From positions 520-64,519 of the forward strand of contig JAAYKY010000028.1 in the NCBI GenBank assembly GCA_012522185.1: DNA of 64,000 bases. Reading direction: 5' to 3'. The stretch comes from Flavobacteriaceae bacterium. Its GTDB lineage: Bacteria; Bacteroidota; Bacteroidia; Flavobacteriales; Weeksellaceae. Shown piece after piece: positions 46,036 through 53,806 of this stretch. A program made the translations under genes and the position numbers. Position 1 is the first letter of the stretch. Each line of letters opens with the position of its first letter. The notes below the pieces were generated by a model. It ran no database searches and was not told the DNA's origin. It saw only the letters and a program-made list of their open reading frames with translations.

Positions 46036-47145
46036 ATGGAAAAATCCACGGGCTCTTTTAATCGGCAAGCTTTCCAAAAGATTAAAAAAAATCCGCTCGG
46101 GATTTTGTCTTTTGCTTTGATTGTATTGGCTGCGATTGTAACGATTTTTGCCTATGGAATTTCCACGGATAAAGTTCTAAATGCCAATCAGCAAAACCTG
46201 GTATTGGCACACAAACCGATGGGATATTCTCAGAAAATTCTAGAAGTTCCTTTAGAGAATTATACTCCTAAGAATTCTTTGAAAGATTTCTTTTTCGGGA
46301 AACAAATTGAATCGGATCAAATCGCGATACATTCTTATGAAATCCGTAAAGATTCCATTTTTTATACGCCTTATTTGGGTGAAGACTTTTCGGGGGAGCT
46401 TAGCGGTATCTCTTTGAAAGAATGGTTGGACAAAGGAATTTCAAAAGATCAAATCGAGTCGAGTTTTATTTACGATAAAAAATTCGTACTTGGAACCGAC
46501 TCTTATGGAAGGGATTTTTTCTCCCGATTGGTCATTGGCACCCGAATTTCCTTTCTCATCGGATTCATAGCTGTTTTTATTTCTTTGATTGTAGGAATCC
46601 CTATTGGAGCTATTGGTGGATATTACCGAGGAAAAACGGACGATTTTATCATGTGGCTCATCAACGTAGTTTGGTCCATTCCAACTTTACTTTTGGTCAT
46701 TGCTATCACCCTTGCATTGGGCAAAGGATTTTGGCAGATTTTTATCGCTGTGGGTTTAACGATGTGGGTGGAAGTAGCACGAGTTGTGCGAGGTCAGTTC
46801 ATCAGTTATCGAGAACGAGAATTTGTAGAAGCCGCAAGAGCACTTGGTTTTAGCGATATGCGAATTATTTTCAAAGAAATTCTGCCTAATATTATGGCGC
46901 CTGTTATTGTAATTTCAGCTGCCAATTTCGCAGCGGCTATCTTGGTCGAAAGCGGATTAAGTTTCTTGGGGATCGGCGCTCAACCCCCTACTCCTTCTTG
47001 GGGAAATCTAATCAAGGAAAATTACTCACACATCATCATCGGAGAACCTCATCTGGCATTGTTTCCAGGAATTTCAATCATGTTAATTGTGCTTGCTTTC
47101 AACGTTTTCGGAAACGTTTTAAGGGATGCTTTTGATGTAAAATAA
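46036..47145 (+). CDS. ABC transporter permease (DppC/OppC-like)
   Basis: N-terminal TM, long periplasmic loop, then a BPD_transp_1 core with the EAA-type loop (EFVEAARALGFSDMRIIFKEILPN). I prefer the ATG at 46036 over the TTG at 46030. Confidence 0.85.
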   Translation: MEKSTGSFNRQAFQKIKKNPLGILSFALIVLAAIVTIFAYGISTDKVLNANQQNLVLAHKPMGYSQKILEVPLENYTPKNSLKDFFFGKQIESDQIAIHSYEIRKDSIFYTPYLGEDFSGELSGISLKEWLDKGISKDQIESSFIYDKKFVLGTDSYGRDFFSRLVIGTRISFLIGFIAVFISLIVGIPIGAIGGYYRGKTDDFIMWLINVVWSIPTLLLVIAITLALGKGFWQIFIAVGLTMWVEVARVVRGQFISYREREFVEAARALGFSDMRIIFKEILPNIMAPVIVISAANFAAAILVESGLSFLGIGAQPPTPSWGNLIKENYSHIIIGEPHLALFPGISIMLIVLAFNVFGNVLRDAFDVK

Positions 47146-47193
47146 TTGATGTAAATTTTTATATTTAAATAAAAAGTATTAATTTTGGATTAT

Positions 47194-47232
47194 CTACTAA
47201 ACTTAATCTATATCTCCTACTAAACCTAATCT
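47194..47232 (+). repeat. Imperfect direct repeat CTACTAAAC(T/C)TAATCT, two copies
   Basis: Copies at 47194-47209 and 47217-47232 (15 of 16 identical), 87 nt upstream of the C1q-like gene. Confidence 0.6.
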
Positions 47233-47318
47233 TTATAGGCACGGATAAGTTATAAAGTTTCTTTTTGCGTCTTTATATTTCCGTTGGTTAAAACGTGAAA
47301 CATTAAAAACTTAATAAC

Positions 47319-48017
47319 ATGAAAAACAAATTTACACTCTTCATCCTATCCATTGGTTTTGGCATTACAGGCTATGCCCAAGTAGGGATTGGCACAGATG
47401 ACCCTCAAGCTACTTTGGATGTAAATGGAAACGTTAAGATTAGAACCACTCCGGAAGTAACCTCACTTACCAGTGACCATTATATTTTGGTAAAAGATCA
47501 ATCAGCATCGGGAGATAACGAAATTTCTCAGATAAGCTCTTCTTATTTCACTGCCGCTACCGCCTATGCTGCAGAGAGTGATGGCGGTTGGTCACTTTTA
47601 AATTTAGGTATATCTGGCACCAACTGGAACAGACTTAATTTAAGCAGCGGAGATACTACTATTGGAGATCCTACTCATTTTGTAAACGGCACCTACACCG
47701 CACCAAGCTCGGGCGTTTACGTCGTAAACTATGAATTTCAATTGGAAGCCGGGGTAGATATTACTTTACTTGGTAACAAACGTTTGGGGCTAATAAAAAA
47801 TGGTGTTGTCATCGAAGATAAAGTTTTTGATGGTGTCAGAGTTGCTTTAGGCCCTCTAAATATTGCAACAATCCCTGTAACTTCTACCAATATCAATAAA
47901 ATGGTCATACTTGAAGCGGGTGATACGCTTACATTTGCAGTTGAAACTGGCGGAATTAACCTCGGACTTCTCACTGACAACAAAGTTTCACTATATGTAT
48001 ATAAAGTCGCCAATTAA
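47319..48017 (+). CDS. Secreted protein with C-terminal C1q/TNF-like jelly-roll (tentative)
   Basis: 232 aa with a signal peptide. N-terminal VGIGTDDPQATLDVNGNVKI motif. C-terminal GTYTAPSSGVYVVNYEFQ...NGVVI...LEAGDTLTF...VSLYVYKV follows the C1q strand pattern. Confidence 0.45.
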   Translation: MKNKFTLFILSIGFGITGYAQVGIGTDDPQATLDVNGNVKIRTTPEVTSLTSDHYILVKDQSASGDNEISQISSSYFTAATAYAAESDGGWSLLNLGISGTNWNRLNLSSGDTTIGDPTHFVNGTYTAPSSGVYVVNYEFQLEAGVDITLLGNKRLGLIKNGVVIEDKVFDGVRVALGPLNIATIPVTSTNINKMVILEAGDTLTFAVETGGINLGLLTDNKVSLYVYKVAN

Positions 48018-48034
48018 GATTTAAATTATAAATG

Positions 48035-48062
48035 AAAAGGGCTTCCAAAAGGAAGCCTTTTT
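48035..48062. terminator. Bidirectional hairpin terminator between convergent genes
   Basis: GGCTTCC / GGAAGCC stem, AAAA loop, with an A-run upstream and a T-run downstream. Confidence 0.6.
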
Positions 48063-48241
48063 CAATCTATCTTACTAACATTGAACCCAATCAATTCTCC
48101 GTTTTCACAAGTTGCGGTTATTTCGATAGGATTGCAACATACTTCACAATCTTCTACATATTTCTGAAAAGAAACCGATGTATCTATCAACATCGATATC
48201 TCTTCCCAACAATGCGGACAAGTAAGAAACTGTTCGTGCAT
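48062..48241 (-). CDS. CPXCG-motif cysteine-rich zinc-finger protein (59 aa; absent from the supplied ORF track)
   Basis: My own translation: MHEQFLTCPHCWEEISMLIDTSVSFQKYVEDCEVCCNPIEITATCENGELIGFNVSKID*. The CPHC...CEVCCNPIE pattern matches the Cys_rich_CPXG family as I remember it. Confidence 0.75.
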   Translation of the reverse strand: MHEQFLTCPHCWEEISMLIDTSVSFQKYVEDCEVCCNPIEITATCENGELIGFNVSKID

Positions 48242-48304
48242 ATTTTATTTTGAATTAACTTGTAGATTCCAACTTCGTCGGAATGACAATAGAAGATTTT
48301 CAAA

Positions 48305-48958
48305 TTAAAAAACCATCTCCGGAATTTCTCCTTCTACGATTAAATCTCCTTCAGTAGCCTTTTGAATTTGCTCTACAGAAACGCCCGGTGCTCTTTCCAG
48401 CAATCGGAAACTCCCGTTTTCAATGCTCATCACGCAGAGATCAGTTACCACTTTTTTAACACAATTTACACCGGTCAAAGGAAGTGTACACTTTTTCAGA
48501 AGTTTGGACTCTCCGGCTTTGTTGGTGTGCATCATCGCCACAATGATATTTTCGGCCGAAGCTACCAAATCCATTGCACCGCCCATTCCTTTCACCATTT
48601 TTCCAGGAATTTTCCAGTTGGCGATGTCTCCATTTTGGTCTACTTCCATCGCTCCGAGAACCGTCAAGTCCACATGTTTTCCACGAATCATCCCAAAACT
48701 CATCGCCGAATCAAAAAAAGCGGCGCCCGGCATAGTGGTGATGGTTTGTTTTCCCGCATTGATCAGGTCGGGATCTTCCTCGCCTTCAAAAGGGAAAGGT
48801 CCCATTCCAAGTACACCGTTTTCACTCTGGAATTCCACTTCAATTCCTTGCGGAATATAATTGGCCACCAAAGTCGGAATACCGATTCCCAGGTTGACGT
48901 AATATTTATCTTTCAGCTCTCTGGCTATTCTTTGTGCGATTTGTTCTTTTGTAAGCAT
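48305..48958 (-). CDS. scoB: 3-oxoacid CoA-transferase subunit B
   Basis: 217 aa. NLGIGIPT, SENG and GMGGAMDLV motifs of CoA-transferase family I beta subunits. Confidence 0.92.
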   Translation of the reverse strand: MLTKEQIAQRIARELKDKYYVNLGIGIPTLVANYIPQGIEVEFQSENGVLGMGPFPFEGEEDPDLINAGKQTITTMPGAAFFDSAMSFGMIRGKHVDLTVLGAMEVDQNGDIANWKIPGKMVKGMGGAMDLVASAENIIVAMMHTNKAGESKLLKKCTLPLTGVNCVKKVVTDLCVMSIENGSFRLLERAPGVSVEQIQKATEGDLIVEGEIPEMVF

Positions 48959-49030
48959 CTTTTTTTTCTGTGTTGATTGTTAGATTTCAGATTTAGAATC
49001 TTTCCTCAAATTAACTTTAAACTTTGAACC

Positions 49031-49732
49031 TTAAACTCTTTGCCGAACGGTTCTCTGCTCAATTCTCTTTTCATATTTCTCTCCCTGGAAAATCCGCTGG
49101 ACAAAAATCCCCGGAATGTGAATTTGGTTCGGATCCAATTCACCGGCAGGAACGAGTTCTTCTACTTCTGCCACTGTTATTTTTCCGGCTCCGGTCATTG
49201 GTGCATTGAAGTTTCTTGCGGTTCCTTTGAAAATTAGATTTCCGGCTTCATCGCCTTTCCAAGCTTTGACAAAGGAAAAATCGGCTTTATAAGCCATTTC
49301 CAATACATACATTTTCCCATCAAATTCACGAGTTTCCTTTGCTTCGGCCACCTCCGTTCCAAATCCGGCAGGCGTCCAAATAGCTGGAAAACCATGTTGA
49401 GCTGCTCGACATTTTTCAGCAAGCGTACCTTGTGGCGTAAGCTCCACTTCCATTTCACCGCTCAACATCTGACGTTCAAATTCAGCATTTTCACCTACGT
49501 ACGAAGCAATCATTTTTTTGATTTGTTTTTGTTTCAACAACAATCCCAAACCAAAATCATCCACGCCGGCATTGTTGGAAATACAAGTAATATCTTTCAC
49601 ATTTAAGCGAACAAGTTCCGCAATGATGTTTTCAGGAATTCCACAAAGACCAAATCCTCCGACAATAAACGTCATACCGTCTTTGACTCCTTCCAGCGCT
49701 ACTTGAACATTATCTACTTTCTTATTAATCAT
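49031..49732 (-). CDS. scoA: 3-oxoacid CoA-transferase subunit A
   Basis: 233 aa. [10 protein letters not shown] motif. Adjacent to scoB. Confidence 0.92.
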   Translation of the reverse strand: MINKKVDNVQVALEGVKDGMTFIVGGFGLCGIPENIIAELVRLNVKDITCISNNAGVDDFGLGLLLKQKQIKKMIASYVGENAEFERQMLSGEMEVELTPQGTLAEKCRAAQHGFPAIWTPAGFGTEVAEAKETREFDGKMYVLEMAYKADFSFVKAWKGDEAGNLIFKGTARNFNAPMTGAGKITVAEVEELVPAGELDPNQIHIPGIFVQRIFQGEKYEKRIEQRTVRQRV

Positions 49733-49784
49733 TTCTTTTCTTTTGATTGCCGATAAAAATACAAAATAATTTTAGCGAAATCTG

Positions 49785-49792
49785 TATTTTTG
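49785..49792 (+). promoter_or_regulatory. Bacteroidota -7 box (TATTTTTG)
   Basis: Exact TAnnTTTG match overlapping the track's TTG start at 49790. This supports the ATG at 49814 as the real start. Confidence 0.35.
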
Positions 49793-49813
49793 TTGGAATT
49801 AAAAGGATTTCGA

Positions 49814-50455
49814 ATGGATATTTTATCTCAGGAACTGGAAAATTACCTTGCCCAACATAGCACAGCCGAAACTGATTTATTGAAAAAACTTGAGAAAGAG
49901 ACTTTTCAGAAAACCACACAACCTCAAATGCTTTCAGGTGGATATCAGGGGCGTTTGTTGAGTTTGATTTCGAAATTAATTCGCCCCAACAGAATTTTGG
50001 AAATCGGAACTTTTACCGGTTATGCTACACTGTGTTTAGCTGAAGGCTTGACTCCAAAAGGTAAAATTATCACCATCGACCGAAATGAAGAACTGATGTA
50101 TCTTCCCAAAAAATACTTTGCCGAATCGGAATATGCGCAGCAGATTGAATTCCGAATTGGAAATGCTTTGGATGTTTTGGATGAATTGAACGAAAAATTT
50201 GATTTGGTTTTCATCGATGCCGACAAGTCCAATTACATAAATTATTACGAAAAGGTTTTGGGAAAAATGAATCCCGGAGGTGTCATTCTCGCCGACAATG
50301 TTCTTTGGTACGGAAAAGTTTTGCAAGAAACCAAAGCCAATGATAAGGACACTAAAATCCTGAAGGAATTCAATGAATTGACCTCAAAAGACCCAAGAGT
50401 TGAATCCATTATTTTGCCGGTTCGGGACGGCATCAGTTTGATAAGAAAAATCTGA
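49814..50455 (+). CDS. Class I SAM-dependent O-methyltransferase (family 3, CCoAOMT-like)
   Basis: SAM motif ILEIGTFTGYATL; FIDADK and ADNVLW motifs. Confidence 0.85.
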   Translation: MDILSQELENYLAQHSTAETDLLKKLEKETFQKTTQPQMLSGGYQGRLLSLISKLIRPNRILEIGTFTGYATLCLAEGLTPKGKIITIDRNEELMYLPKKYFAESEYAQQIEFRIGNALDVLDELNEKFDLVFIDADKSNYINYYEKVLGKMNPGGVILADNVLWYGKVLQETKANDKDTKILKEFNELTSKDPRVESIILPVRDGISLIRKI

Positions 50456-50493
50456 TTTCTTTTGAATTCTAATTAAAAATTCTAAATTTCAGC

Positions 50494-51255
50494 ATGAAAT
50501 ACGCAATTTGTCAGGTCAGTGTATCGCCCTTACGTTCCGAACCAACCGATCTTTCGGAAATGGTCAGCCAGGTTTTATTTGGGGAAAAGGTGGAGGTTCT
50601 AGAAACCAAAAAAAACTGGATCAAAATCAAAGCTGATTTCGATGGCTATGAAGGCTGGTGCGACTCCAAACAATTTACCGAGGTTTCGGAAGAGGAGTTT
50701 CACTCCATTCAAAACGATAAATTCGCATCTGAAAGTTTCAATCTTGCGGTTGAAAACGATGCTCCTTTCACTTTGCCTTTGGCTTCTTCTTTGGTAAATT
50801 TAAGGGATGGAAAAATCAAATTCGGAACTAAAGAATTGGATTATTTAGGTGAATTCTGTGAAGCAAATTTTTCTAAATCTGAAATTCCAGCTTTGTCATC
50901 GATGTACCTAAACACTCCTTACCTATGGGGTGGGAAATCAGTATTTGGAATTGATTGTTCTGGATTGGTTCAACAAGTTTATAAATTTTGTGGCGTAAAA
51001 TTACCAAGAGATGCCTATCAGCAAGCGGAAATCGGCGAAGCTTTGAGCTTCGTGGAAGAAGCAGAACCAGGTGATTTGGCGATTTTTGATAATCCCGAAG
51101 GAAGAATTATTCAAGAAGGAATAATTCTGGAAGGAAACAAGATCATTCACGCCCATGGAAAAGTGCGAATTGACCCTATTGATATCACTGGAATTTTCAA
51201 CACGGATTCTCAAACTTACTCCCACAAACTCAGAGTAATCCGTAGAATTTTATAA
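50494..51255 (+). CDS. SH3b + NlpC/P60 (C40) cell-wall peptidase homologue
   Basis: 253 aa. Catalytic-Cys motif DCSGLVQQVY. Gln occupies the expected catalytic-His position (IIQEGII). Confidence 0.8.
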   Translation: MKYAICQVSVSPLRSEPTDLSEMVSQVLFGEKVEVLETKKNWIKIKADFDGYEGWCDSKQFTEVSEEEFHSIQNDKFASESFNLAVENDAPFTLPLASSLVNLRDGKIKFGTKELDYLGEFCEANFSKSEIPALSSMYLNTPYLWGGKSVFGIDCSGLVQQVYKFCGVKLPRDAYQQAEIGEALSFVEEAEPGDLAIFDNPEGRIIQEGIILEGNKIIHAHGKVRIDPIDITGIFNTDSQTYSHKLRVIRRIL

Positions 51256-51372
51256 AATTGAAAATCAGATTATTGCAGGTTTAGACACCAAGATTTTTAT
51301 CAAATATTGATATTTCTAGTTTTTTTCTTAAAAAAGACAATTTTTAGCCACCCAAACTCGTTATAAATTATC

Positions 51373-51380
51373 TATTTTTG
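51373..51380 (+). promoter_or_regulatory. Bacteroidota -7 box (TATTTTTG) upstream of mreB
   Basis: Exact TAnnTTTG match 36 nt upstream of the ATG at 51417. Confidence 0.4.
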
Positions 51381-51416
51381 TAACCTCTTACAAAGAATAA
51401 AAGTTTTAGAGTTTAA

Positions 51417-52442
51417 ATGAAATTATTTAATTTTTTTACACAGGAAGTTGCCATTGACTTGGGAACGGCCAACACGCTGATTATCCATAACAACAAAGTT
51501 GTAGTTGACAGCCCATCGATAGTTGCTATTGACAGGCGAACCAATAAAGTCATCGCTGTGGGAGAAAAAGCCAAGCATATGCAAGGAAAAACCCACGACG
51601 ATATCAAAACCATACGCCCGTTGAAAGACGGTGTTATTGCCGACTTTGAAGCATCGGAATTTATGATCCGGGAATTTATTAAACAAATTCCGGGGATTCG
51701 CGGAAAGTTTTTCTCGCCTTCACTTCGCATTGTGATTTGTATTCCTTCTGGAATTACAGAAGTAGAAAAACGAGCTGTAAAAGACTCAGCAGCACATGTC
51801 AACGCAAAAGATGTACGATTGATTTACGAACCTATGGCCGCTGCGATCGGAGTAGGGATTGACGTACAATTACCCAAAGGAAATATGATTATCGACATAG
51901 GAGGTGGAACTTCCGAAATCGCTGTTTTGGCATTGGGAGGAATCGTTTGTGATAAATCGGTGAAAATTGCCGGGGATGTTTTCACAAATGACATTGCCTA
52001 TTATCTGCGAAGTCATCACAACCTTTACATCGGAGAAAGAACTGCAGAACGTGTAAAAATTGAAGTAGGAGCAGCGATTGAAGACTTGGAGCACGAACCA
52101 GAAGACATGGCAGTTCAAGGGCGTGACTTGATTACCGGAAAGCCAAAAGAAATCACGATTAATTACAAAGAAATAGCCCGTGCACTTGACAAATCGATTC
52201 TACGCATCGAGGATGCCGTGATGGAAACATTATCACAAACGCCACCGGAGCTTGCAGCCGATATTTACAATACCGGAATTTATATGGCGGGTGGTGGATC
52301 GATGCTTCGTGGATTGGATCAACGAATCAGCAAAAAAACAGGATTACCTGTTTTCCTTGCAGATGACCCGTTGCGAGCCGTTGTACGCGGAACTGGGATT
52401 GCCTTGAAAAACATAGACAAATTTACTTTCTTAATGAAATAA
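51417..52442 (+). CDS. mreB: Rod shape-determining protein MreB
   Basis: 341 aa. Actin-fold motifs (IDLGTANT, DIGGGTSEIAV, GGGSMLRGL). Confidence 0.97.
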   Translation: MKLFNFFTQEVAIDLGTANTLIIHNNKVVVDSPSIVAIDRRTNKVIAVGEKAKHMQGKTHDDIKTIRPLKDGVIADFEASEFMIREFIKQIPGIRGKFFSPSLRIVICIPSGITEVEKRAVKDSAAHVNAKDVRLIYEPMAAAIGVGIDVQLPKGNMIIDIGGGTSEIAVLALGGIVCDKSVKIAGDVFTNDIAYYLRSHHNLYIGERTAERVKIEVGAAIEDLEHEPEDMAVQGRDLITGKPKEITINYKEIARALDKSILRIEDAVMETLSQTPPELAADIYNTGIYMAGGGSMLRGLDQRISKKTGLPVFLADDPLRAVVRGTGIALKNIDKFTFLMK

Positions 52443-52449
52443 CCTAATT

Positions 52450-53304
52450 ATGCAATTCATCCTTAATCCCATCATAAAGAATGGATTGTTTATTTTTTAC
52501 GTCCTGCTATCCCTGCTTGCCTTTTTATTTATTTTCCGGCAAAAGGTTTATCACAAATCAGTACTTGACAAGACAAGCACACAGCTCAGCGGATACATGG
52601 ACGAAAGAATTTCTGGAGTCACCCAATTCATCAACCTAAAGGATGATAACCGGCTGTTACAGAGAGAAAATTCAGAATTGAGAAAAGAACTGGAAAAACT
52701 AAAAGGTGAAATTTCGGAAACAGATCAAATCAGTGAACCCATTACCAATCTGGAATTCCATCAAACCTATCGATTTGTTCCTGTAGAAATCATCAATAAC
52801 TCGGTGATGAAATCACACAATATGCTCACAATCAACAAAGGTTCCCGTCAGGGAATTGAAAAAGGGATGGGCGTGATTTCGGGAAATGGAGTTATTGGAT
52901 ATGTTTATAAAACATCCGAGAACTATTCGCGTGTGATGTCCACTTTGAATCTAAACACAAAAATTACCGCACAGATTAAACGAAATAACTTTTTCGGAAC
53001 TTTAATTTGGGATGGGAAAGATCCGCGTTATGCACGTTTGCAAGAAATTCCTAAATATATAGAAGTCGAAAAAGGAGACACCATTGAAACCGATGGGAAA
53101 TCGGGTGTGATCCCAGGTGGAATTATGTTGGGAACTGTCGTGAACTCTGAGATCGATGATGTAACCGGAGAATTGGACATTCTGGTACGATTGAAAGAAG
53201 ATTTCGCAAGACTTCGCTATGCGCAAGTCGTTGTAAATCTGGAAATAAAAGAAATTAAACAAGTAGAAAAAATAGACAGCACGGCTCAAAATGTTAAACC
53301 TTAG
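52450..53304 (+). CDS. mreC: Rod shape-determining protein MreC
   Basis: 284 aa. TM anchor, coiled coil (ENSELRKELEKLKGE) and beta-barrel domains. Position after mreB. Confidence 0.9.
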   Translation: MQFILNPIIKNGLFIFYVLLSLLAFLFIFRQKVYHKSVLDKTSTQLSGYMDERISGVTQFINLKDDNRLLQRENSELRKELEKLKGEISETDQISEPITNLEFHQTYRFVPVEIINNSVMKSHNMLTINKGSRQGIEKGMGVISGNGVIGYVYKTSENYSRVMSTLNLNTKITAQIKRNNFFGTLIWDGKDPRYARLQEIPKYIEVEKGDTIETDGKSGVIPGGIMLGTVVNSEIDDVTGELDILVRLKEDFARLRYAQVVVNLEIKEIKQVEKIDSTAQNVKP

Positions 53305-53806
53305 ACTTTTTGGAAATATTTTAATGATCATCTTTCTGGTTTTACTTCAGACTTTTCTGTTCAGTAAAATCAGCTTCAAACTGGTCGCCACGCCGTATAT
53401 TTACGTTATTTTCATTTTGCTTTATCCTGCCTATCGAAACCGATACATATTTTTAATTCTTTGCTTTCTTTTGGGTTGGGGAATTGATTTGTTTGAAGAT
53501 ACAGGCGGAATTCATGCCTTTGCTTCGCTCACGATTGGTTATTTGAGCAAATACATTATCCAAATGGTTTCCGGTACAAAATTCTTTGAAATTGAAGAAT
53601 TTCGTTATTCGGAATTCAACGCTGGACAATGGGTTTTCTATACAATTCTGATGGTTTTTATACATCATTTCCTATTATTCTTCATGGAAAGCTTATCCTT
53701 TGCCAATTTTGCTGGAATTATGAAAAGAACAGTTTACTGTTCGGCTTTTACGCTTTTATTTGTTTATTTCTACTTAATTTTGTTTAGAAAGAGGGCGGAA
53801 AGATGA
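53291..53806 (+). CDS. mreD: Rod shape-determining protein MreD
   Basis: 171-aa polytopic membrane protein between mreC and mrdA, overlapping both. Confidence 0.75.
   Translation: MLNLRLFGNILMIIFLVLLQTFLFSKISFKLVATPYIYVIFILLYPAYRNRYIFLILCFLLGWGIDLFEDTGGIHAFASLTIGYLSKYIIQMVSGTKFFEIEEFRYSEFNAGQWVFYTILMVFIHHFLLFFMESLSFANFAGIMKRTVYCSAFTLLFVYFYLILFRKRAER

Noticed and set aside
48032-48253. 73-aa plus-strand ORF from the track.
   Set aside because: It begins inside the terminator hairpin of the upstream gene. It covers the same DNA as the minus-strand CPXCG zinc-finger gene, which has a convincing family signature.
48362-48976. 204-aa plus-strand ORF, and a second 145-aa ORF at 48423-48860, across the scoB region.
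   Set aside because: Both lie fully antisense to a gene with clear CoA-transferase motifs. Their products are low-complexity and His/Arg/Phe-rich with no motifs. This is a typical stop-poor antisense frame of a well-conserved gene.
49790-49813. TTG-initiated extension of the O-methyltransferase. The TTG at 46030 for the permease and the GTG at 31511 for the LpxH-like gene are similar cases.
   Set aside because: A perfect -7 box overlaps 49790, so that position is probably not transcribed. Downstream ATGs give N-termini that match family expectations. These are kept as alternatives only.
51298-51312. Palindrome TATCAA-ata-TTGATA about 100 nt upstream of mreB.
   Set aside because: Six-bp A/T-rich arms are expected by chance in A/T-rich intergenic DNA, and there is no second copy or associated regulator.
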